Positions 40,108 to 49,400 of a stretch of DNA of 60,622 nt are shown here, piece after piece (the first letter of the stretch is position 1; every line of letters begins with the position of its first letter). The notes below the pieces were generated by a model. That model did no database searches. It was given only the letters and a program-made list of their open reading frames with translations, and was not told where the DNA came from. This DNA is from Pseudomonadota bacterium (GTDB lineage: Bacteria; Pseudomonadota; Gammaproteobacteria; UBA12402): NCBI GenBank assembly GCA_039190005.1, contig JBCCYM010000004.1:1-60622 (forward strand), given 5' to 3'. A program made the translations under genes and the position numbers.

Positions 40108-40734
40108 TCAAGCAATCAAATCAGACACATCGCCTTTGCCTTGGCGAATAACTTGCGGCTCGCCGTCACATAAGTCAATCACAGTGGTCGGTTCAATACC
40201 GCAATAACCACCGTCAATCACCAGATCAATCTGATGATTCAATACATCGGCGATGGTGGCAGGATCATGCATTGGTTCCTGTTGCTCGGGCAATATTAAT
40301 GAAGCACTGGCAATAGCGTGATTATAACAGAGTAATAAATCCTGAACAATGCGATTATCCGGCACTCTAAGCCCAATACTTTTACGTGATTTACACTGAA
40401 AATAACGTGGCACCGCTTTGGTTGCCGTTAAAATAAAGGTATAGGCGCCAGGCGTGCGCGCCTTGAGAAAACGGAACGCTCGGTTATCTACTTGCGCGTA
40501 AGTCGCTATTTCTGATAAATCACGACAAACCAAGGTGAGATGATGTCGCTGATCGATACCGCGAATTTTACGTATCCGCTCAATCGCGACGCGGTCTTCA
40601 AGACGACACCCTAAAGCGTAAGCGGAATCCGTAGGATAGGCAATAATACCCCCCGCCGTCAAACACTCACTGACCTTTTTCAGCAAGCGCGCTTGTGGGT
40701 TTTCCGGATGTATATGAATAAACTCAGCCATCAT
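40108..40734 (-). CDS. yciO: YciO (Sua5/YciO/YrdC family)
   Basis: IHPENPQARL, YPTDSAYALGC, TPGAYTFIL, PTTVIDL. Confidence 0.9.
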   Translation of the reverse strand: MMAEFIHIHPENPQARLLKKVSECLTAGGIIAYPTDSAYALGCRLEDRVAIERIRKIRGIDQRHHLTLVCRDLSEIATYAQVDNRAFRFLKARTPGAYTFILTATKAVPRYFQCKSRKSIGLRVPDNRIVQDLLLCYNHAIASASLILPEQQEPMHDPATIADVLNHQIDLVIDGGYCGIEPTTVIDLCDGEPQVIRQGKGDVSDLIA

Positions 40735-40754
40735 TTCTCTATCAACTTTATTAA

Positions 40755-40993
40755 ACCTAAAAACCGCAATGGTCCCTGAGCCTGCCGAAGAGCGAACCCT
40801 GAGCCCGCCGAAGGGCGGTCCCTGAGCCCGTCGAAGGGTGGTCCCTGAGTTCGTCGAAGGGCATAACTGGCCTTTCGAGCATATTTCCGGGCTTCGACTA
40901 GCTCAGCCATCTATACCTTAAAACCTGTCAAAGGATAGTCCCTGAGCCTGCTTGCCCTGAGCCTGTCGAAGGGTCGAAGGGTGGTTTTTAGTT
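40755..40993. repeat. MITE-like element filled with REP units (four 23-bp tandem copies, a 60-bp module, a nested unit)
   Basis: Ends ACCTAAAAACC / GGTTTTTAGTT flanked by TAA on both sides; tandem units start at 40771, 40794, 40817 and 40840. Confidence 0.88.
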
Positions 40994-41043
40994 TAAAAAA
41001 TAATTATACTATACCGTAATTATAATCATAGAGACTTATCATC

Positions 41044-41586
41044 ATGCAAATGTTTTTTGAATTTTTACCGATTATTGTGTTTTTTATTGTTTACAAAATA
41101 AGCGGTATTTACGCGGCAACTGCCGCGGCAATTATTGTTTCGGTGCTACAAACAGGTATTTATTGGCTGAAAAATAAAAAACTTGACCGCTTACAGCTGG
41201 GCATGTTAGTGCTTATTGTTGTCCTTGGCGGCGCGACCCTGTTATTACATAAACCGATATTCATAAAATGGAAACCGACGGTGATCAACTGGTTGTTCGC
41301 CTTAGTTTTCTTAGGATCACAGTTTGTCGGCAAGCGGCCGTTAATTGCCACCATGCTGGGCGGCAAAATCAGCCTGCCTGATAAAGTCTGGCGACAGCTC
41401 AATTACAGTTGGAGCCTGTTTTTTATTTTGATGGGCGCGGCTAATATTATTGTCGCCTACCATTTCAGCACCAATACCTGGGTAAACTTCAAATTATTTG
41501 GAGTATTGGGACTGACCGTATTATTTGTCTTAATTCAAGCCTTCTATCTCGCCAAACATATCGATGACAGCCAACTCAAAAAATAA
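41044..41586 (+). CDS. yciB: Intracellular septation protein A (YciB/IspZ)
   Basis: FIKWKPTVINW, WVNFKLFG. Confidence 0.95.
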   Translation: MQMFFEFLPIIVFFIVYKISGIYAATAAAIIVSVLQTGIYWLKNKKLDRLQLGMLVLIVVLGGATLLLHKPIFIKWKPTVINWLFALVFLGSQFVGKRPLIATMLGGKISLPDKVWRQLNYSWSLFFILMGAANIIVAYHFSTNTWVNFKLFGVLGLTVLFVLIQAFYLAKHIDDSQLKK

Positions 41587-41839
41587 ACACCGACTTGCCG
41601 AGATACGCCAGCGCTTGCAAACAGCTTTCGCGCCTGGCTTACTTATAGTCGAAGATGACAGCCATAAACATATCGGTCACGCTGGCGCCAAAAGCGGTAA
41701 AGGACATTTCACGGTCACAATTCATGCCGAGGCTTTCCAAGATTGTGCCTTACGCACCAGTCATCAAAAAATCTATCAGGCTTTGGACGATCTGATGGAA
41801 AATGATATTCATGCGTTGTCAATAAAAATAGAAAAATGA
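41564..41839 (+). CDS. bolA: BolA family protein
   Basis: EDDSHKHIGH, GHFTVTI, HQKIYQAL, IHALSI. Confidence 0.9.
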   Translation: MTANSKNKHRLAEIRQRLQTAFAPGLLIVEDDSHKHIGHAGAKSGKGHFTVTIHAEAFQDCALRTSHQKIYQALDDLMENDIHALSIKIEK

Positions 41840-41879
41840 TTGATAAATAATGAAAAATTTAGCCATATCGTGTTAAAAT

Positions 41880-42275
41880 TTACATATCACCCAATAGCCG
41901 CCGCGCGGCTTCTGATAATAAAGCTGATCGACTCTTATGCTGACTCTGCGCGACATGGTCAATCGCGTTCAATAAGGCGCTATCAATTGTAATATTAACC
42001 CGATGCGCTTTGCCACTAGGTGAAACAATCGCGATAAATAACGGTATACAGCCCTTCGCGTCTTTCAGTTTCATTACACTATCAAGTGATGTTGGTTGAG
42101 GAATGGACTCCTGAGCTTCAATCATTAACTCAATATGCGCAATTAATCCCTCACGGGTATTTTTTCTGGCCAGCTCAAGTGTTTTTCCTGCCGATCCAAA
42201 TCCAGGAAAGTCCGGTATAAAAACAGTATAGCCATTACCTACTTTTTCAGCTAACGCAATGTACTCGATGATCAT
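41880..42275 (-). CDS. hicB: HicB antitoxin with C-terminal RHH domain
   Basis: YTVFIPDFPGFGSAG..LARKN..EGL; RVNITIDSALL..SRSALL. Confidence 0.9.
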   Translation of the reverse strand: MIIEYIALAEKVGNGYTVFIPDFPGFGSAGKTLELARKNTREGLIAHIELMIEAQESIPQPTSLDSVMKLKDAKGCIPLFIAIVSPSGKAHRVNITIDSALLNAIDHVAQSQHKSRSALLSEAARRLLGDM

Positions 42276-42278
42276 TGT

Positions 42279-42476
42279 TTACCCCTTTAATTTAGCCTGT
42301 TTCAAAATACTATTGAACAGCCCTTTTCCAATAGCTTTTTTGGGATGAGGTACTGTCACAATGCCTTTTTTCATTATGTGTCTAAAGTGATGATGACTAC
42401 CTGTCACTCTAACTTTGTACCACCCGTCACTTTCAAGTAATCGGATAATATCTCGGCTGCTATGAATTCTTCCCAT
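42279..42476 (-). CDS. hicA: HicA toxin
   Basis: LESDGW..GSHHHFRH..TVPHPKK..SILKQA. Confidence 0.9.
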   Translation of the reverse strand: MGRIHSSRDIIRLLESDGWYKVRVTGSHHHFRHIMKKGIVTVPHPKKAIGKGLFNSILKQAKLKG

Positions 42477-42491
42477 AATACTATCTCAAAT

Positions 42492-42514
42492 TATACACAT
42501 AATAAGTGCGTATA
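42492..42514. promoter_or_regulatory. Candidate HicB operator
   Basis: Imperfect inverted repeat TATACACATAATAAGTGCGTATA 16 bp upstream of hicA. Confidence 0.3.
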
Positions 42515-42728
42515 GTATAAGGATTTTTGTTAAAACGCAATTATTATTTTGAGGCATCGCGAACTCGATAATCTCCATCGAAGATTAATTGAGTGAATCA
42601 GACCACCACTTCATTTCATATTGAACAAGCTAATTCTTCCATTATCTATTTATTTATGTTACAATAAAGGCAAAATTTTTGTGATCAATGCACACAGATA
42701 TAATAACACTTAAAACAATGAGGTAACT

Positions 42729-43400
42729 ATGCAACCATCTAACCGATTTACTGTACAAAGCGCGGGATCAGCGTTAGCCGTCAACGCGATGCTGAAGAAA
42801 GTATACGCGCTGTTAGCGGCGACACTTTTATTCAGCGGTTTAACGGCAGCCATTGCCATGAACATGAATGTACCGCCATTAAACCCTATTTTGACCATTC
42901 TTATCTATTTAGGTCTACTTTTTCTCACCAGTGCCTGCTCAAATAATCCAGTACGCGGCATCATCGCGGTGTTTGCTCTTACTGGCTTTCTTGGTTTTAC
43001 CCTGGGACCGATACTTGAAATGTATCTCCAACTGCCCAATGGCTCTCAGCTGGTTGGTACTGCGCTAGCAGGCACCGGCATCATCTTTTTTGGCTTATCT
43101 GCATATGCCTTAACCACTAAAAAAGATTTCAGCTATCTTGGTGGCTTTTTATCGGTCATCATTATGGCCGCTTTTCTTGCCGGCATTGCTTCCTGGGTAT
43201 TTCACATGCCGATATTAAGCATCGTGGTATCTTTCGTGTTCGCGGTGGCATCATCAGCATTAATCCTGTTTCAAACCAGCCGGATTGTCAATGGTGGCGA
43301 AACCAACTACATCATGGCGACCGTGACACTTTATATCGCCTTATTTAATTTATTCTTGAGTCTGTTGCGTATTCTAAGCTTTTTCAGCAATCGCAATTAA
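42729..43400 (+). CDS. yccA: Bax inhibitor-1/YccA membrane protein
   Basis: LKKVYALL, GFTLGPIL, GETNYIMATVTLYIALFNLF. Confidence 0.9.
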   Translation: MQPSNRFTVQSAGSALAVNAMLKKVYALLAATLLFSGLTAAIAMNMNVPPLNPILTILIYLGLLFLTSACSNNPVRGIIAVFALTGFLGFTLGPILEMYLQLPNGSQLVGTALAGTGIIFFGLSAYALTTKKDFSYLGGFLSVIIMAAFLAGIASWVFHMPILSIVVSFVFAVASSALILFQTSRIVNGGETNYIMATVTLYIALFNLFLSLLRILSFFSNRN

Positions 43401-43459
43401 TTCAATCGCAGTAATCCAGTTCCCCCATTGTCAATAATGGGGGACGATCAGGAGCAACT

Positions 43460-44467
43460 ATGATCTCTCATCCTTGGCTTGGTTTAGCCTTCTTTTTTAT
43501 CAAAGTTATTATTATTGTCATCGCGATTATTGTGATATTAGCGGTTTTTTTCAGCCTGCTTACGCGCAATAAAACCAAAAAAAAGCGCGGCATCCAAATT
43601 ACTCGCTTAAACAAGCATTATGATGACCAAAAACAGCAGTTAGAACAGGCGCTTTGTGCCTCTAAAACAGAATTGAAACAGCAGAAAAAAGCGGGCAAAA
43701 AAAAGAAAAAAACCAAAAAACAGGCAAAAAGCAAGCCGCATTTGTTTGTGCTTGATTTTAAAGGTGACATCAAAGCCGAAGCTGTCGATAATTTCCGTGA
43801 AGAAATTACCATGGTCCTGACAAAAGCACAAAAAACGGATGAAATTTTTGTGCGCGTTGAAAGTCCTGGTGGTTTAGTCCACGCCTATGGTTTAGCGGCA
43901 TCACAATTGCAGCGTATTCGTGAGCGTGACATTCCCTTGACTGTTGCCGTTGATAAAGTAGCCGCCAGCGGCGGTTACATGATGGCTTGTGTTGCCAATA
44001 AAATTATTGCCGCGCCATTCGCCATTATCGGCTCAGTCGGCGTGCTGGCGCAACTGCCTAATTTTCATCGTTTATTAAAAAAACACGATATTGATTTTGA
44101 ACAAATCACCGGCGGCAAATACAAACGCACTCTCACCCTTTTTGGTGAAAACACCGACCAAGATCGACAAAAAATGCAAGAAGAAGTCAATGAAATCCAC
44201 CAACTCTTTGCCGATTTTGTCAAACAACAGCGCCCTCAAATTGACATTGATCGTGTCGCCACAGGCGAGCATTGGCCGGCAATTCAAGCAAAAAATCTAC
44301 AATTGGTCGATGACATTATCACCAGTGATGACTATCTTCTCAACGCCGCGGAAAGCCACACCATTGTTCATATCGAAACCATTGTAAAACAAAAGCTCAT
44401 GGCTAAACTCATGGGACAAGCCCGCTCCGAGCTCACACAGATGAATCAATGGCAGTGGCTTAAATAA
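43460..44467 (+). CDS. sohB: S49 protease SohB
   Basis: ESPGGLVHAYGLAASQL, AASGGYMMAC, GKYKRTL, ATGEHW. Confidence 0.93.
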   Translation: MISHPWLGLAFFFIKVIIIVIAIIVILAVFFSLLTRNKTKKKRGIQITRLNKHYDDQKQQLEQALCASKTELKQQKKAGKKKKKTKKQAKSKPHLFVLDFKGDIKAEAVDNFREEITMVLTKAQKTDEIFVRVESPGGLVHAYGLAASQLQRIRERDIPLTVAVDKVAASGGYMMACVANKIIAAPFAIIGSVGVLAQLPNFHRLLKKHDIDFEQITGGKYKRTLTLFGENTDQDRQKMQEEVNEIHQLFADFVKQQRPQIDIDRVATGEHWPAIQAKNLQLVDDIITSDDYLLNAAESHTIVHIETIVKQKLMAKLMGQARSELTQMNQWQWLK

Positions 44468-44602
44468 ACCCACAACCACAGCGGTCCCTGAGCTCGTCGA
44501 AGGGTATAGCAAATTTTTCGAAAGCAAGCTTTGGCTTCGACAAGCTCAGGAACCACCCTTCGACCCTTCGACAGGCTCAGGGCAAGCAGGCTCAGGGACC
44601 GC
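44468..44602. repeat. Degenerate MITE left end with inverted and nested REP units
   Basis: Follows the sohB TAA: ACCCACAACC..GGTCCCTGAGCTCGTCGAAGGG..GGCTTCGACAAGCTCAGG..CCCTTCGACCCTTCGACAGGCTCAGGGCAAGCAGGCTCAGGGACC. Confidence 0.85.
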
Positions 44603-44607
44603 GTGCA

Positions 44608-44793
44608 CTAATTATTATCCGTTTTAGTATTGTATTTTATGCGCTCAAAAATTTCCTTACGGTGAATACTGATATTTTTAGGCGCTTTAATCCCAATACG
44701 GATTTTATCACCCAGATTTTCTAAAAAGGTAATGGTAATTAAACCATCACCAATAATAATAGACTCATGCTCTCTTCGAGTTAACACTAACAT
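44608..44793 (-). CDS. csrA: CsrA/RsmA family RNA-binding regulator (diverged)
   Basis: MLVLTRR..ESIIIGD..IRIGIKAPKNISIHRKEI. Confidence 0.88.
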   Translation of the reverse strand: MLVLTRREHESIIIGDGLITITFLENLGDKIRIGIKAPKNISIHRKEIFERIKYNTKTDNN

Positions 44794-45173
44794 AACTATT
44801 TTACTCCTGTATTATTGTATAGTACGTTCTGTAATAAAAATTCTCATCTTGAGCAAGATGAGCATAGAGATTGACAATAGGCAAACGTTGACCGTGCTTG
44901 ATCAGACCTTATTGTTTAAAGCCTCATTCAAAACGGTCATGCTTTGCTATCAAATAAAGGGGATCTAAGAAAATAGGTGATTCTTTTGATAATCTTCTAT
45001 CATTGCCGTAACTCCTGTTAATCGTTTTGATTTCATGTCAAAGAAGAAGTTATACTATACCGAGAAAATTAAAAAAGCAAATAGTTTTAATCATGAAATT
45101 TCTGCTTTTTGTTTATATAGGATTAAGATAATATCTATCGGGAAATGCTGTAAAAAATAAATAATTCACAAAG

Positions 45174-47300
45174 GTGAAAAATATGTCGGCTCTAAAGAAA
45201 CTTGTCTACACCACGCTAACGTTTTGTATCATTGTCAGCACCAATTCAATTAAAGCAAATATCAACACCAACTATCAAACCGTTAAAGTCAATCCACGGG
45301 CGACAGTAAGTCTTTTTACCAATGCCGATGTGGTCAAACCTGGACAAACATTTTACGCGGTATTCCATTTACAGCTCAAACCGGGTTGGCACAGTTATTG
45401 GATCAATCCAGGCGAATCCGGTTTAGCGCCCGCGGTAAACTGGCAATTACCATCAAATTTTACCGCCGCGCCGATAGAATATCTGCCACCTAAACGACTC
45501 ATACTCGACAATTTCGTCACCTTTGTTTATGAGCGTCAAGCCGATTATATCATCCCAATTACTGCCACTGCCAATGCTGCAACTGGTAAATATAATATTT
45601 ATGCTAACTTTGATTATCTCATCTGCTCCAAAGATGCTTGTGAACCTGAATCAGCGGACTTAGGCTTTGCCATTACCGTTGGTAGCGGCAGTCAATTTAA
45701 TCATAAAACCGAAACCGTAGAGAGATTACTGGCACAACAAGCTAAATCGTTGACGTCATCCATGCATTATCAAGTTGATGGCAAAACACTCAAGCTCATC
45801 ATTAAACCAGCGCCAACACTCATCGCTGAAAGCAAAAAAAATATCAAAGAGGTTATTTTCTTTCCTCAACAATCCGGTTTAATCAAACTGGAACAACTAC
45901 CCACGACCACTTGGTCCGATGACACACTGACACTGCGTTTAGCACGGGATTTTAAATTGCCGGAAAACACCATTGATGGCATTGTCGCCTTTGTGATGCG
46001 CGACGGTCAGCACTATTACTACCAACTACACGCGCGCCCGAAAGACAAGGATGACAATACGGGCATGGCGCTCACCAACACCCCACACGCTTCACTGTTA
46101 TGGTATCTGCTGCTGGCATTTATCGGCGGAATTATTTTAAACATTATGCCTTGTGTGTTTCCCATTCTGTCACTTAAAGCCATCAGTATTTTTGAGGCAC
46201 GGCATCAGCATTATCGCAGTAATCTCATGCATGGCATTGCCTATACTGTCGGTATTTTGGTCAGTTTTTTGATATTCGCTATTATTGTACTGATATTAAA
46301 ACAATTCGGTCACTTAGTCGGCTGGGGATTTCAAATGCAATCGCCAACAGTCGTTGCTATTCTCACCTATATCTTATTTATTATCGGCTTAAATCTTTCC
46401 GGTGTTTTTCAGTTCAGCAATCGCTTTGCCAATATCGGCCAGGGTTTGGTCACACCGGGCAATTATCGCGGCAGTTTTTTTACCGGTGTGTTAGCAGTTG
46501 TTGTCGCCACACCTTGCACCGCGCCTTTTATGGGCACGGCTATCGGCTTCGCCTTTACCCAACCACCTTTGATACTCACCACCATATTGCTGGCTTTAGG
46601 CTTGGGCATGGCCTTGCCCTTATTGTTACTGAGTATTGTGCCTATTCTACGCTATTGTCTTCCTAAACCAGGCCATTGGATGGTCACGTTTAAGGAATTT
46701 TTAGCCTTTCCCATGTATCTCAGTTGCGCCTGGTTATTGTGGGTGCTGATGCAACAAACTCAATCGGTCAATGTGCTGTTAATACTTGCTGGATTGGTGT
46801 TGATTGCTTTCGGCTGTTGGTTGCTGAATAAAAGCAAACGAATGACCAGCGTGTTGGGCATACTAACACTTATTGTATTTATTATTGCTATCTATCCGCT
46901 GTATCATTTACCGAATAATACCACCACCCCATCATCACCGCATAAGATAACAAGCAAAACAAATACATTCAACACCGAGTCGCTGCAAAACTTACTGGCT
47001 GAACACAAACCAGTGATGGTGAATATTACCGCGGACTGGTGTTTGACCTGCAAGCTGAATGAAAATACCGTACTCAACACCGAGACGTTTCAACAGGCAT
47101 TGAATAACACTCAGGTCGTATTTCTACAAGGCGATTGGACCAACCGTAACGCCTCAATTTTTCATTACCTGCAACAGTTTGATCGCTCCGGTATTCCGTT
47201 TACAATTATTTACAATCGTCAGGGCGAATATCGCATATTGCCGAATATTCTGACTATGCAGAATACCTTGGATATGTTAGAGTGGGCAGATGAGAATTAA
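45174..47300 (+). CDS. DsbD/ScsB-family transmembrane electron transporter
   Basis: N-terminal HSYWINPG and CxxxxC domain; membrane NIMPCVFP and ATPCTAPF; C-terminal thioredoxin ADWCLTC. Confidence 0.88.
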   Translation: MKNMSALKKLVYTTLTFCIIVSTNSIKANINTNYQTVKVNPRATVSLFTNADVVKPGQTFYAVFHLQLKPGWHSYWINPGESGLAPAVNWQLPSNFTAAPIEYLPPKRLILDNFVTFVYERQADYIIPITATANAATGKYNIYANFDYLICSKDACEPESADLGFAITVGSGSQFNHKTETVERLLAQQAKSLTSSMHYQVDGKTLKLIIKPAPTLIAESKKNIKEVIFFPQQSGLIKLEQLPTTTWSDDTLTLRLARDFKLPENTIDGIVAFVMRDGQHYYYQLHARPKDKDDNTGMALTNTPHASLLWYLLLAFIGGIILNIMPCVFPILSLKAISIFEARHQHYRSNLMHGIAYTVGILVSFLIFAIIVLILKQFGHLVGWGFQMQSPTVVAILTYILFIIGLNLSGVFQFSNRFANIGQGLVTPGNYRGSFFTGVLAVVVATPCTAPFMGTAIGFAFTQPPLILTTILLALGLGMALPLLLLSIVPILRYCLPKPGHWMVTFKEFLAFPMYLSCAWLLWVLMQQTQSVNVLLILAGLVLIAFGCWLLNKSKRMTSVLGILTLIVFIIAIYPLYHLPNNTTTPSSPHKITSKTNTFNTESLQNLLAEHKPVMVNITADWCLTCKLNENTVLNTETFQQALNNTQVVFLQGDWTNRNASIFHYLQQFDRSGIPFTIIYNRQGEYRILPNILTMQNTLDMLEWADEN

Positions 47301-47320
47301 ATTATCTTGAGGAAAACATC

Positions 47321-47923
47321 ATGAAATTACGTTATTTAATTGCCACCTTTATACTTGCACTCACATCTATTGGTCTATGCCAAGCGGCGGTACAAATTGG
47401 TCAACCGGCGCCCATGTTTACTGGCACAAGCATGACTGGTAAGCAAATTAGTCTCAAACAATACAAAGATAAAATTGTCGTACTGGAATGGACAAACTAT
47501 CAATGTCCTTTTGTTAAAAAAATGTATGACAGCGGTAAAATGGAACAGCTGAAAAGCGATTATACTGGCAAAGGCGTGGTCTGGTTGACAGTTGTTTCTT
47601 CAGCACCAGGCAAACAGGGTTATGTGACCGCGCAACAAGCACAAAAAATATATAAAGACGATAAAGCCAGTGCGGTTATTTTAGACCCAAGTGGTGATAT
47701 CGGTAAACTTTATAATGCCAAAACAACACCGGAGATATTTATTATCAATAAAAAAGGCAAACTGGTGTATATGGGCGCAATTGACAGCATTCCGTCAACA
47801 AAAGTGACAGATGTCGCCAAAGCAAACAATTATGTTGAAACAGCACTTAATGAGCTTTTAGCCGGCAAAGCTATCGCCCAAGCGCAAACGACACCTTATG
47901 GTTGTTCGGTGAAGTATCATTAA
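47321..47923 (+). CDS. Exported redoxin (peroxiredoxin-like/AhpC-TSA fold)
   Basis: Signal peptide; LEWTNYQCPFV, AKTTPEIF, YMGAID, YGCSVKY. Confidence 0.82.
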   Translation: MKLRYLIATFILALTSIGLCQAAVQIGQPAPMFTGTSMTGKQISLKQYKDKIVVLEWTNYQCPFVKKMYDSGKMEQLKSDYTGKGVVWLTVVSSAPGKQGYVTAQQAQKIYKDDKASAVILDPSGDIGKLYNAKTTPEIFIINKKGKLVYMGAIDSIPSTKVTDVAKANNYVETALNELLAGKAIAQAQTTPYGCSVKYH

Positions 47924-47945
47924 CTTTATACGTTTAATTCTTGCT

Positions 47946-47970
47946 GTCATCCCCGTTTTCGCGGGGATGG
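47946..47970. repeat. Degenerate CGTC-type REP hairpin (possible terminator)
   Basis: GTCATCCCCG-TTTTCG-CGGGGATGG right after the redoxin stop. Confidence 0.5.
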
Positions 47971-48111
47971 TCAGAAATGCCATAACTTAAAAAAACCTGA
48001 TTAATCAAACCGATACAGACTGACAGGATTTTATAACCTGTTATAAGCTTGACAGGAATGAATAAAATATTATATGCTTGCATTAAGTACAATAATTAAA
48101 GTAAAAAAAAA

Positions 48112-48643
48112 ATGAAAAAAAATATACGTCATATTCCTTTGTTGTTTATCGTTCATAACTATTCAAAATAGCTTTGCAGCTTCCTCACAAAATTTATCGC
48201 CAGGCTGTAAAGCAAATCTCATTTTACTAAAAAATACTGTAATTAATGGCCAGCGTTATGTTTTGAACCAAAATGTTGTACTTGAAGGTAAGGTTTATAA
48301 GGATGGTATCTTTATACAAGACAAGGGAAATAAAGCATGTTTCAGATATAATGGTCAAAAAAATTGCTTTGAAAACGCTAAAATTTTTCCACGCCCCAAT
48401 AAACAAATAAACAGCAATAATGCCTCTATTCACCCAATAAGTAGTTTGACTACCAAGCTAGATATTTGTGTGCCAAGATCAGGCGTTTGTTTTTCTCCTG
48501 ATTATCAAGGTACTGTTGTAATGAAAGATAACGCTTCAAAGTTGTTTTATAGCTTAATGGCACCAACTACAAGCGGTGGTTTATCACTTCTGTTTCAGTT
48601 CCAGATTGATAGAATCTGTGACACCGATGATACAACTTATTGA
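48112..48643 (+). pseudogene. Secreted hypothetical protein (~176 aa) frameshifted in an A8 run after its ATG
   Basis: Removing one A gives MKKIYVIFLCCLSFITIQNSFA-ASSQN.. continuous with track ORF 48263-48643; as read, ATG stops after 19 codons. Confidence 0.7.
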
Positions 48644-48653
48644 TACTTTTTTA

Positions 48654-49400
48654 TTAATAACAATACTCAAGCAAATCCGCTTTAGTTAATTGTTTTTTCC
48701 GCTCGGCATCGGCGGTAAAAATAATCTCACCATCTCTAAGCGCTAATAAACGATTACCATATTGAAGCGCGAAGTCAAGACTGTGTGTTGTCATCAAACA
48801 AGTCAATTGACGCTTAGTGATAATGTCATCAGTAAACGCCATAATCTTAACCGCGGTTTTCGGATCAAGCGCGCTGGTGTGTTCATCAAGTAATAACAAT
48901 TGTGGTTGATGACGAAGATAAAGCGCGAAGGCCAAAATTTGCTGCTCGCCACCGGATAAATAATGTAATGGCAATTGTAGCGATTCACTGAGTTTGACAT
49001 TAAACTCACGCAAATACTCAGCCAGTTCTTTTGCCGCCGCTTTGCGACCGCGTTTTTTTGTCGCTGACTGTGGGTAACACATGGCTAATAATCTGGCATT
49101 TTCCTCAATGCTCAGATTGACAAATAAACTCTGATGCACAAACTGATTCAATGTCACCACAGCTTGCGCCAATTGTTTCTTGGAATAATCCTGGATGGGT
49201 TTATCAATTAAAGCAATATCGCCGGCACTGTGATGGTAATGACGATTGATCATTTTAATCAAAGTACTTTTACCCGAACCATTGCTGCCGACAATGACAA
49301 TAAAATCCCCCTTGTTCACTTCCAGCGACATATCACGCGCGATCACGCGCGTTTTGTCGGGGGAAAACGATACCTTATTTAATTTGAGCAAGTTCACCAT
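48654..49400 (-). CDS. ABC transporter ATP-binding subunit
   Basis: GSNGSGKST, LSGGEQQ, LLDEHTSALDP, THS. Confidence 0.92.
   Translation of the reverse strand: MVNLLKLNKVSFSPDKTRVIARDMSLEVNKGDFIVIVGSNGSGKSTLIKMINRHYHHSAGDIALIDKPIQDYSKKQLAQAVVTLNQFVHQSLFVNLSIEENARLLAMCYPQSATKKRGRKAAAKELAEYLREFNVKLSESLQLPLHYLSGGEQQILAFALYLRHQPQLLLLDEHTSALDPKTAVKIMAFTDDIITKRQLTCLMTTHSLDFALQYGNRLLALRDGEIIFTADAERKKQLTKADLLEYCY

Noticed and set aside
40771-40862. Four regularly spaced 23-bp repeats resembling a CRISPR array
   Set aside because: No unique spacers, no leader, no cas genes; the unit is the dispersed REP found throughout the window.
42520-42728. Expected tRNA-Ser next to yccA
   Set aside because: No cloverleaf, GTTCGA T-loop or CCA end recognisable on either strand.
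44732-44968. 78-aa plus-strand ORF overlapping csrA
   Set aside because: Antisense to csrA and runs through an AT-rich divergent promoter region; no motifs.
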